Positions 56,808 through 64,000 of a stretch of 64,000 nt of DNA are shown here, piece after piece (position 1 is the stretch's first letter; each line of letters opens with the position of its first letter). The translations under genes were made by a program, and so were the position numbers. The notes beneath the pieces are model-generated. The model did no database searches. It saw only the letters and a list, made by a program, of their open reading frames with translations, and was not told the origin of the DNA. The stretch spans positions 11,163 to 75,162 of the forward strand of contig JAUSJO010000006.1 of assembly GCA_030647205.1 (NCBI GenBank). The letters are read 5' to 3'. The DNA comes from a bacterium (GTDB lineage Bacteria; Patescibacteriota; CPR2; UBA1875; JAJYID01).

Positions 56808-57647
56808 TCAGTTTTTGTCATATGCTCTGACGGCTACATTATGGTTAGATAAGTTAAACTTTTTCTCTAACGCCTCATAAAAATGATCTTTGTTAAAAAG
56901 AACCATACGATAATAATGAGATTTTCTAAGCTTCACCACATCTCCCTCTTTTAGAGGAATACCCTTTGATCCGTCAACAGAAAGAAATGCTTCTTCTCCC
57001 TCGATATTTTTAAGCTCAGTAACCTCCGTCTCAGGCACCAGGATTGTGGGGACAGGAAGTCCCTGCGGGCATATGGAAGTGACAAAGAAACATTTTACAC
57101 CCGGAGCGGCAATAGGCCCCCCGGCAGAAAGGTTATATGCGGTGGAACCTGTTGTCGTAGAAACCAAAACGCCGTCTCCTCTAAACTTTACCCGATGAGT
57201 GCCACCCACAGAAACCCCGACAGTTACAACCGAAGATAATCCCTTCACCACTACATCATTTACAACATAATCTGACCTGACAAGATTGCCCCCACTCATA
57301 AGGTCAGCTAAGATCCCGACCCTTTCCTGCAAATGATAATCTTTGCCTTCTTCGCCCTTAACAAATTGAAGAACCTTCTCGGCCGCATCCTCTTCCTCAA
57401 CCACCGCTAGAAATCCTACTCTACCGGCATTAACACCTAAAATAGGGATGTCTTTTTCTTTGGCAAATCGTATTGCTTCTATAATAGTACCGTCACCACC
57501 AATAGCAATAACCGCCTGAACGTCATGATCAGCTTCTTTTGCCGGAACGACTTCTACACCTTCTTTATCCAAAGCAGAGGCAATTACCTTTGAGATCTTG
57601 ACTGCTTTTTCCCTGCCCTCATTTACAACTACTGCTATTTTTTTCAT
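56808..57647 (-). CDS. nadK: NAD kinase
   Basis: GGDGT, G.VGFL, ND, GDG...ST.TGSTAYNLSAGGP. Confidence 0.95.
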   Translation of the reverse strand: MKKIAVVVNEGREKAVKISKVIASALDKEGVEVVPAKEADHDVQAVIAIGGDGTIIEAIRFAKEKDIPILGVNAGRVGFLAVVEEEDAAEKVLQFVKGEEGKDYHLQERVGILADLMSGGNLVRSDYVVNDVVVKGLSSVVTVGVSVGGTHRVKFRGDGVLVSTTTGSTAYNLSAGGPIAAPGVKCFFVTSICPQGLPVPTILVPETEVTELKNIEGEEAFLSVDGSKGIPLKEGDVVKLRKSHYYRMVLFNKDHFYEALEKKFNLSNHNVAVRAYDKN

Positions 57648-57742
57648 AGTGTTATTATAACACATCATATCAAAGTGTCTATTGATCTTCATGCCTCAAA
57701 GATCTAATGCTATAATAACTGAGAAGGCATAACTATAAATCT

Positions 57743-59344
57743 ATGACATATATATTATTTCCCGGCAGACATCACCTCCTAACAAACTTTCAATTTGATT
57801 ATCTAAATCAAATAGCCAAAGAAGGGTTAGCGGGTATAAAAGATATTGATGGTAAATCCTTCTCGCCAAACGAGAAAGTTGATGAAGTTGTTTTCGCTAT
57901 TACCTCTGCAAATCACGCAAATACCAGAAGGAATCCATTGCCGCTATATCAAAGAGCAATGGCTGTCCAAGATTTCTCGCACGATCTCCCTATAAAAACC
58001 ACGATATACGATATTAACGATATCGGGGTCAGCGAGAGCTTTGCCGACTATGTTCTAAAGAGAATCTATAGCCGCAGTGAGGGAAGCCTAAAACTAACTC
58101 CCGATAATACTATTGTCGCATGCTCTACACCTGTGCTTGAAATGTACAAGAAACTAGGCTTTAGGATCTTACCCGTAGAACTCCTATCCAAAGATTTCAA
58201 AAGATATGCAGACAATTTGCCATGGGAAATAATCGAAGAAGTCGCAAATATCCAAGACAACTGGATGGAGAATAAACTATATAAGGGAAAAACCCATCCA
58301 GCCTCGAAAAGACTATGGGAAACTTATGATATTGGAGACAAAGTCCAGCAGCTCTTTAGAGACACTATAATAGGAGAAGATGGCGATATTACAGAGACTA
58401 GAGATTACAATACCTATGTGCGTTCCATGGATCATAGTACCGAACAAAAATACTCCGAAACTTCAAGTTTTGTCAAACCGGGGAGAATTGGCGACATCGG
58501 ATGTGCCGTAGGATCATGGATCAAGTTTGCCTGCCAAGACTCAAGACTGGCAGAGTCAGATTTCTATGGGATAGAAGTGACTAGAAAACTCTACGATATT
58601 TGCGAACAAAGAAAGGATAATGGAGAGTTTTCTAGTGATTACGTGTTTTTCTCAAGAAAAAATGCCATAACCGGCCTGGTCTTTGAACCCGATAGCATGG
58701 ATAGTATCCTAACATCATCCCTAACTCATGAGATAGAATCTTATGGAGGCAGAGGAGATCTTCTTAAATTTATTAAAAACCGAGCTGCCGAGTTAAATGA
58801 GGGGGGACGATGGATAAACAGGGACGTTGTCGGCCCGGACGATGGTAGCAAAACTGTATATTTGGAGCTAAACTCTTCAGATGGAAGGAATGATGACTAT
58901 GATCAAGCAATTGGAAACCGAGATAAGTTAAAGGAATATTTAGACGGTCTATCTACTTATGCTAAATTTTTACGATTCTCCAAAGATTTTAGGAAAAATG
59001 AAAGCGAGCAGGTCAAATATGAAGCTGTCTCTATTGATAATAAAAACCTGATTAAACTACAGCTAAAAGATGCCTGTGAGTTTGTGACTAAAAAGGACTA
59101 TACCGACAACTGGCAAAGTGAAATGCATGAGACTTTCTGTTTCTGGAGTTTTGATGACTGGAAACAACACTTGGAAAAGGCCGGGTTAAAGGTTCATCCG
59201 CAATCAAAAGCTTTCGTAAATCCGTGGGTAATCAAGAAGCGGGTCCAAGGGAAAGTAAAACTCTATACACTACAAGACAAAACACTAAATGAAATCGATT
59301 ATCCTGTCAGTAATATGGTCTTAGTCGCCGAGAAACGCCATTAG
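57743..59344 (+). CDS. NadM-like nucleotidyltransferase fold fused to class I SAM methyltransferase
   Basis: FPGRHH...AITSAN...T.RNP....R (NadM-like); DIGCAVG, YGIE, SSLTHE, RD. Confidence 0.7.
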   Translation: MTYILFPGRHHLLTNFQFDYLNQIAKEGLAGIKDIDGKSFSPNEKVDEVVFAITSANHANTRRNPLPLYQRAMAVQDFSHDLPIKTTIYDINDIGVSESFADYVLKRIYSRSEGSLKLTPDNTIVACSTPVLEMYKKLGFRILPVELLSKDFKRYADNLPWEIIEEVANIQDNWMENKLYKGKTHPASKRLWETYDIGDKVQQLFRDTIIGEDGDITETRDYNTYVRSMDHSTEQKYSETSSFVKPGRIGDIGCAVGSWIKFACQDSRLAESDFYGIEVTRKLYDICEQRKDNGEFSSDYVFFSRKNAITGLVFEPDSMDSILTSSLTHEIESYGGRGDLLKFIKNRAAELNEGGRWINRDVVGPDDGSKTVYLELNSSDGRNDDYDQAIGNRDKLKEYLDGLSTYAKFLRFSKDFRKNESEQVKYEAVSIDNKNLIKLQLKDACEFVTKKDYTDNWQSEMHETFCFWSFDDWKQHLEKAGLKVHPQSKAFVNPWVIKKRVQGKVKLYTLQDKTLNEIDYPVSNMVLVAEKRH

Positions 59345-59358
59345 AAAAGTCTATGTCT

Positions 59359-60339
59359 TCATTTTTTAATGAGACCCGGAAACATAACATCAGCAAGATA
59401 ACTTGCTACATTTCTCGATTTTCCTTTACCCGGCATCATGTGCATGCTCAGTCCCGGGTTTGAGTTGACCTCAACAATACCATAACTAGACTTTGTTTGT
59501 GGCTCATCAATGTTTTCGGTCATTATATCTAAACCAATAAAAGGTAAACCTTGAAAAACATCTAACACTTTTTGAGCAATGTCGATAACTGAACTATGCA
59601 CTTCATCTGTAACGTCTTCACTCACTCCTCCCTTAGCCAAGTTTGAGGTCTTTCTTAAATAAATCTTTTCATCTTTTTTTGGTATATACCTGAGATCTTT
59701 ACCAGACTCCTTAAGAAAATTATCAACCTGCCTGTCAAACACAATTGGACAGAGATATCTTTTTTTACGGTCGTCCCTCTTTTTTGACTCGATCTCACCC
59801 AACTCACTTATATTATGTTTACCGTCACCTATAACATGAGCTGGGTCTCTATTAAGAACAGCGTACTTTCCTTCTATAGTAATAAAAACCCGATATTCTT
59901 TGCCGGGGAGATGTTTTTCTACAAGGAAGAGCGTGTTTACACCTGTTTCTTCTTCTAAGTGGTTGACGGCCGACACAAGTTCTCTTTCATTTTTTATCTC
60001 TACAAAAACACTGTCGCCATGAGAACCCCAGTTTGGTTTGACAACTACCGGAAATCCAATCTTTTGAGCGTACTCTACAGCTTCCTTAAATGAATGCGCG
60101 CTAAAAACTTCTCCTTCCGGAGCGCTGATTCCATTTTTCCGAAGAAGATTTTTCGTAAGATATTTATCAGCAGTCATTTTAACCAGATTATAGGGTGAGA
60201 GAGAACTGAACCTATCCAAAAGGAACTCCTTTCGCCCCTCATAAATTACTTCAATGAGTTCTATTTCCGGGTCAGCATCTCTAACTTTGGCCCCACGTCT
60301 TTTAAGTTCATCGACTAGAAGTTTTTGATTGGTATGCAT
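59359..60339 (-). CDS. ATP-grasp ligase (cyanophycin synthetase/GshAB-like)
   Basis: DK..TK..L, VVKP..GSHG, EYR, P..V.GDG, SN..KGG, GLD, EVNSNPG..MH. Confidence 0.88.
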   Translation of the reverse strand: MHTNQKLLVDELKRRGAKVRDADPEIELIEVIYEGRKEFLLDRFSSLSPYNLVKMTADKYLTKNLLRKNGISAPEGEVFSAHSFKEAVEYAQKIGFPVVVKPNWGSHGDSVFVEIKNERELVSAVNHLEEETGVNTLFLVEKHLPGKEYRVFITIEGKYAVLNRDPAHVIGDGKHNISELGEIESKKRDDRKKRYLCPIVFDRQVDNFLKESGKDLRYIPKKDEKIYLRKTSNLAKGGVSEDVTDEVHSSVIDIAQKVLDVFQGLPFIGLDIMTENIDEPQTKSSYGIVEVNSNPGLSMHMMPGKGKSRNVASYLADVMFPGLIKK

Positions 60340-60371
60340 CTTACCTGTCGAGTATTAAATGTGGCATCTTC

Positions 60372-60890
60372 CTAAGATGACTCACCATTACTATTGATTA
60401 TCAAGCCTCTCCCCGTAGATCTTCCCCCACCGTACCTTCCTCGGTCTGCGCTACCCGACTCACCAGAGGAGTTGCTAGTATTAAATACACCCTTCACTCT
60501 ACCCCCACTCCCTGACTCGTCACTCTTTTCTCTAGAAGACTTACTTTCTGACCTTTGGGCTCTACTGGCTTCCGATTCCCCCATATCACGAGCTGACGAC
60601 TCTCCCTTTTCTGCCTTCCGCTCACCCTCACTATCTGATAACTCTTTCTTTTTTTGATCGATCGTGCGATCAAGTATCTGATTGTCTAAAATCCTCGCCT
60701 TGTCGAAATCTCCGGCATCGAGCGCTTTTCTAAGAGCCCTACGCAGGTCTTTAAGACTCTGGCGCTCCTTATCAGAAAATTCACGGTTAATCTCACCTCT
60801 AGTTCCCTTTTCACCTTTACGGACAATACCCCCTGACTCACCGCTTGTTTCTCGGGGTGATTCGCCTCCTTCACTCATTCTCTCCAACAT
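60372..60890 (-). CDS. Low-complexity GES-repeat protein with central UVR-like helix pair
   Basis: Six GES plus SES and DES motifs; LRKALDAGDFDKARIL. Confidence 0.65.
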   Translation of the reverse strand: MLERMSEGGESPRETSGESGGIVRKGEKGTRGEINREFSDKERQSLKDLRRALRKALDAGDFDKARILDNQILDRTIDQKKKELSDSEGERKAEKGESSARDMGESEASRAQRSESKSSREKSDESGSGGRVKGVFNTSNSSGESGSADRGRYGGGRSTGRGLIINSNGESS

Positions 60891-60936
60891 GTTCTCTCTC
60901 CCAATTAGTTAAATTTATAATAACACTGAGACCACA

Positions 60937-61620
60937 CTACTTGCAATAAATAGCTACCTTATGCTCTATTTTGCTGCCTTGGACCCTATGTTTTGCTTCT
61001 TTCCCCCATATAAAACCTATAACTTTTCTTGCCTCATCTAGATCCTTAAATTCAAAAAATGTTGTGAAATGCGAGTACTCTCTGAAGCCGTTTTTAACCA
61101 ACCATTCGTTATATTTTTTAGTTCTTTCCAAGGGATCGTTGGTCCTTCCTCTTATTTGTTCAAACTCACCACCTGTATCGTTCTCGACTAAAAATATTTT
61201 GCCTCTCGGCTTCAAGGTTCTTTCAATGTTACAAAGTATATCCTTCCTTCTCTTTTCGTCCTCAACCGTCCCCAATACCCAAGAAGCAAGAGCCACGTCT
61301 ATACTTTTGGATGGTAGCTTCATATCCTCTGCCTGAGTATGCACAAAGTCTATATTATCGTACCCATCAGTGTCTTTTTCTGCCAAGCTAAGCTGATCTT
61401 TCGAGGCGTCAAGAGCCACAATCTTCGGAGCATACGGAGCAAACAGTTTTGTATATTTACCAGAACCGCAACCAAGATCTAGGAGTGTCTTACCTTTCAT
61501 TTCTGAAAGTAATGTTTCAAATATCTTGCCAGGTGCATCCTCTCTTGCACTGAAAAGCCGATAGATCCCGGCCTCTTCATAATAACTTTTCGACTTTTCC
61601 CCTAGACTATACTTCTTCAT
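60937..61620 (-). CDS. Class I SAM-dependent methyltransferase
   Basis: LDLGCGSG, LDAS, LKPRG. Confidence 0.9.
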   Translation of the reverse strand: MKKYSLGEKSKSYYEEAGIYRLFSAREDAPGKIFETLLSEMKGKTLLDLGCGSGKYTKLFAPYAPKIVALDASKDQLSLAEKDTDGYDNIDFVHTQAEDMKLPSKSIDVALASWVLGTVEDEKRRKDILCNIERTLKPRGKIFLVENDTGGEFEQIRGRTNDPLERTKKYNEWLVKNGFREYSHFTTFFEFKDLDEARKVIGFIWGKEAKHRVQGSKIEHKVAIYCK

Positions 61621-61621
61621 A

Positions 61622-63538
61622 TTACACCTTTACTTTCTCGAGATAGGCGATCGCATCCCGATACCCCTTGCCCATAGCACTATCAAAAACAAATTCTTTA
61701 TACCTTGTCCCTTCTATCCCCCCAAACACTTCTTTCCGTCTCTTATGATCGTTGATTTCATTTCTTTTCTTTGAATTATTTTTACTATCGAAGTCATAAA
61801 TATAAGCGAACACTATTTTCCCACCAGTTTTTAATTTTCCCAACAATACAGAGACAATCAGATTCTTAAATTCCGACAAATAATCATCCGTGTTAAACAT
61901 CAGATGCGTATAATCAGAGATATTTGAAAGAATTATAAGATCAAACGTTTCATGCCCGTCTAACTCTTGCCCTAAATTCTTAAGCGATGAAGAAACCCAG
62001 TGATAGCAACCTTCCTTTATGCGTTTTTGAGCCTTACTATATATAACTTCATTCTCCAGATAGAGATTATTGCTTACTTTCCTCTGCTTCTCGTCATATA
62101 TGTTGTTAAATATTTCTGATTCGCGGAGTTTTTCCCCATTGAAATCGAAACGTTCGTAAGCCTGATTAAAAAAATATCTGGCCTGAAAGGATATATCTCC
62201 TTTAACTTCATTGTAGTTATTATACGAAAGAACCTCTTCTCCTTTATCCCTCATTAAAAAATTCTTAAAGGTATTAAGTCCATGACTCTTAAGATAGGCT
62301 ACTTTAAGCTCGGTAAAGTATTGAGCTAAAAGATTTATATCGAAACATTTTACATTATTTGCGCCTAGAAGATACGCATTGATAAGGTGGTCTCCTGAAG
62401 CTCCTACGGTCAGTACGCTCTTTTCTTTAAAATCAAACTTAGGGAAATAGCCTGCTATATTTTCCGTTGTGAAAGAGTAAATCTTGTTATACTCACTGAA
62501 TTTAGGACGCCCGGTTGTCTCATGCAGATGCTCTTCAAAAAAACTGTCAAGTTTCTGCGCGTCTTTTGTCTCATCGATCGCTTCCATCGGACAGTAATCA
62601 ATATTTGCCAAAGCAAGGCGGTCGACCAGAGAACGGTAAGACGATATCTCTTTTGATTTTAGAATCTCATCTAGCCCGTATTTGTGTAAATCTTTGCCAC
62701 TTACATACTGAGGGGCTCTTTCCGTAACCCAAGTACAAGGTGAGACACGACCCTTATGATCTATCGATAGAAATTTATCACCCCCCGGACAAACTCCATC
62801 AACTTTTTCTCCTATCTTTTCGGTAAAACTATGACTTACTTTTATATGTTCCTTGTATTTTTTTGTCAGTATTTCTATCTCATTTTTTAGATCAGTAGCT
62901 AATCTTAAAGAAATAAGATTTTTATTGCCTCTTAGCCTCCCCACTGGCTCAAGCCGAGAGAAGATCACCTCATCTACCCCCAAATCAATGCAAAGCTTGA
63001 CCATATTTTCCATTTTCTCTTCATTTTGAGCAAATATTAAAGAACCCACTCTCGTATATAAACCGTGTTTGACTAGGCTTTTTATCCCTTTAGTTGTTCT
63101 CTCGAAGGACTTTTCTCCTCTCACAATCTCATTTAGTTCTGGCGTGCAGCCGTCTAAGCCAACATGTATCATACTAATATTTAGTTTTTTTAGTTTACTT
63201 GCCAGCTCATCATCGATGACTGACGCATTTGTGGAAATATCAGTCTTTAATCCAACCTTATCGGCAAATATCATTAGTTCTAAGATGTCTTCTCTCAAGA
63301 ATGGTTCTCCCCCAGTAATCTTGAGGTGCGTTATCCCGGCGCTCTTTAGATCTTTGATACATTTTTTCACTTCTCCAGTACTAAGCTCGTCTTTTGGCTT
63401 TTTGGCGGTAGAGCTGAAGATGCAGTGAGGACATCTATAGTTGCATCTGTTGGTTATCTCCCAAATCACTCTCCCTCCATCCTCCGGGATTCGAAATAGA
63501 CAAAATGCATATTTATTTTTTGTAGATATTTTTACCAT
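61622..63538 (-). CDS. Radical SAM (SPASM/Twitch) fused to DUF3419/BtaA-like SAM-binding domain
   Basis: CNYRCPHC, TGGEP, CPGG..G.VSPC; C-terminal YSFTTEN, VLTVGASGD, FDIN, LSNI. Confidence 0.82.
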   Translation of the reverse strand: MVKISTKNKYAFCLFRIPEDGGRVIWEITNRCNYRCPHCIFSSTAKKPKDELSTGEVKKCIKDLKSAGITHLKITGGEPFLREDILELMIFADKVGLKTDISTNASVIDDELASKLKKLNISMIHVGLDGCTPELNEIVRGEKSFERTTKGIKSLVKHGLYTRVGSLIFAQNEEKMENMVKLCIDLGVDEVIFSRLEPVGRLRGNKNLISLRLATDLKNEIEILTKKYKEHIKVSHSFTEKIGEKVDGVCPGGDKFLSIDHKGRVSPCTWVTERAPQYVSGKDLHKYGLDEILKSKEISSYRSLVDRLALANIDYCPMEAIDETKDAQKLDSFFEEHLHETTGRPKFSEYNKIYSFTTENIAGYFPKFDFKEKSVLTVGASGDHLINAYLLGANNVKCFDINLLAQYFTELKVAYLKSHGLNTFKNFLMRDKGEEVLSYNNYNEVKGDISFQARYFFNQAYERFDFNGEKLRESEIFNNIYDEKQRKVSNNLYLENEVIYSKAQKRIKEGCYHWVSSSLKNLGQELDGHETFDLIILSNISDYTHLMFNTDDYLSEFKNLIVSVLLGKLKTGGKIVFAYIYDFDSKNNSKKRNEINDHKRRKEVFGGIEGTRYKEFVFDSAMGKGYRDAIAYLEKVKV

Positions 63539-64000
63539 TTTTATAACCTATCTTTTCTATTATCTCTTGCACCAAACATTCATAACTGTCTCTACCCGGA
63601 TCCTTTGTTGTATCAAAAACTTTTACCATTTTACCTTGGTTCTGTGCTATTTCTAATCTTTTCTTGTCCAGCGACCTGTAAAAGTCGACCCTCTGTAAAA
63701 GCTGGTCGTCTGACATATCTTGGCTTCTCTTTAAACGACCAAGCTGTACGTCATTGGCACAAGTCAGTATGAGAATATTCCCCTTAACAAGTGGCAGAAA
63801 ACCATCTTCAACCAGCATAGCCCATTCTACAGCAGTAACTCCTTCTGAATCATTCTGCCGGATAATCTCTTTCTTAATGAAGGGGTTTATGGTTTCTTTA
63901 AAAATTATCATTTTTTCTTCATCTGCGAATACCTTGCTTCCCAAATCAAGTAAGTCAATAAAAAAATCCGGACTTTCAGAGTTCAAATCAAGCGCTTCTG
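63513..64000 (-). CDS. Dephospho-CoA kinase-like protein, C-terminal part
   Basis: LG..VF, VE...L.E, Q..RL..; frame is open to the window edge. Confidence 0.6.
   Translation of the reverse strand, partial: EALDLNSESPDFFIDLLDLGSKVFADEEKMIIFKETINPFIKKEIIRQNDSEGVTAVEWAMLVEDGFLPLVKGNILILTCANDVQLGRLKRSQDMSDDQLLQRVDFYRSLDKKRLEIAQNQGKMVKVFDTTKDPGRDSYECLVQEIIEKIGYKNGKNIYKK

Overview
Bacterial chromosome segment, standard genetic code, with gene content typical of a Patescibacteria/CPR-type organism (taxonomy is inference). In order it holds: the hrcA-grpE-dnaK operon with a CIRCE; queA and queH; a type IV pilus cluster (pilB, pilC, pilins, pilMNO); a group 3b-type NiFe sulfhydrogenase operon with hypC/D/E, a C-terminal-only HypF and a second hypC; an ORFan island; lepA, pyrD-like, murJ, ftsH and tilS; three CAU-anticodon tRNAs; and SOD, thioredoxin and LigD-phosphoesterase genes. 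The main candidate for a new system is 47.7-59.3 kb. There an operon with three NrtR-type operators interleaves a TerY-P-like triad (PP2C, YegI-like kinase, vWA) with NAD salvage genes (pncA, Nudix, divergent PRTase, nadE; nadK and a NadM-like/methyltransferase fusion lie alongside). The operon carries two copies of a ~135-nt structured RNA that ends in a boxB-like hairpin plus boxA. A second candidate at 59.4-64 kb is a radical SAM/DUF3419 + methyltransferase + ATP-grasp cluster around a GES-repeat protein. Window-wide patterns are boxA-like motifs in the leaders of accessory genes, many apparently leaderless genes, and GTCAT-ended palindromic repeats inserted in frame into GrpE, HypE and HypF. 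All calls come from reading motifs by eye; no searches were run.
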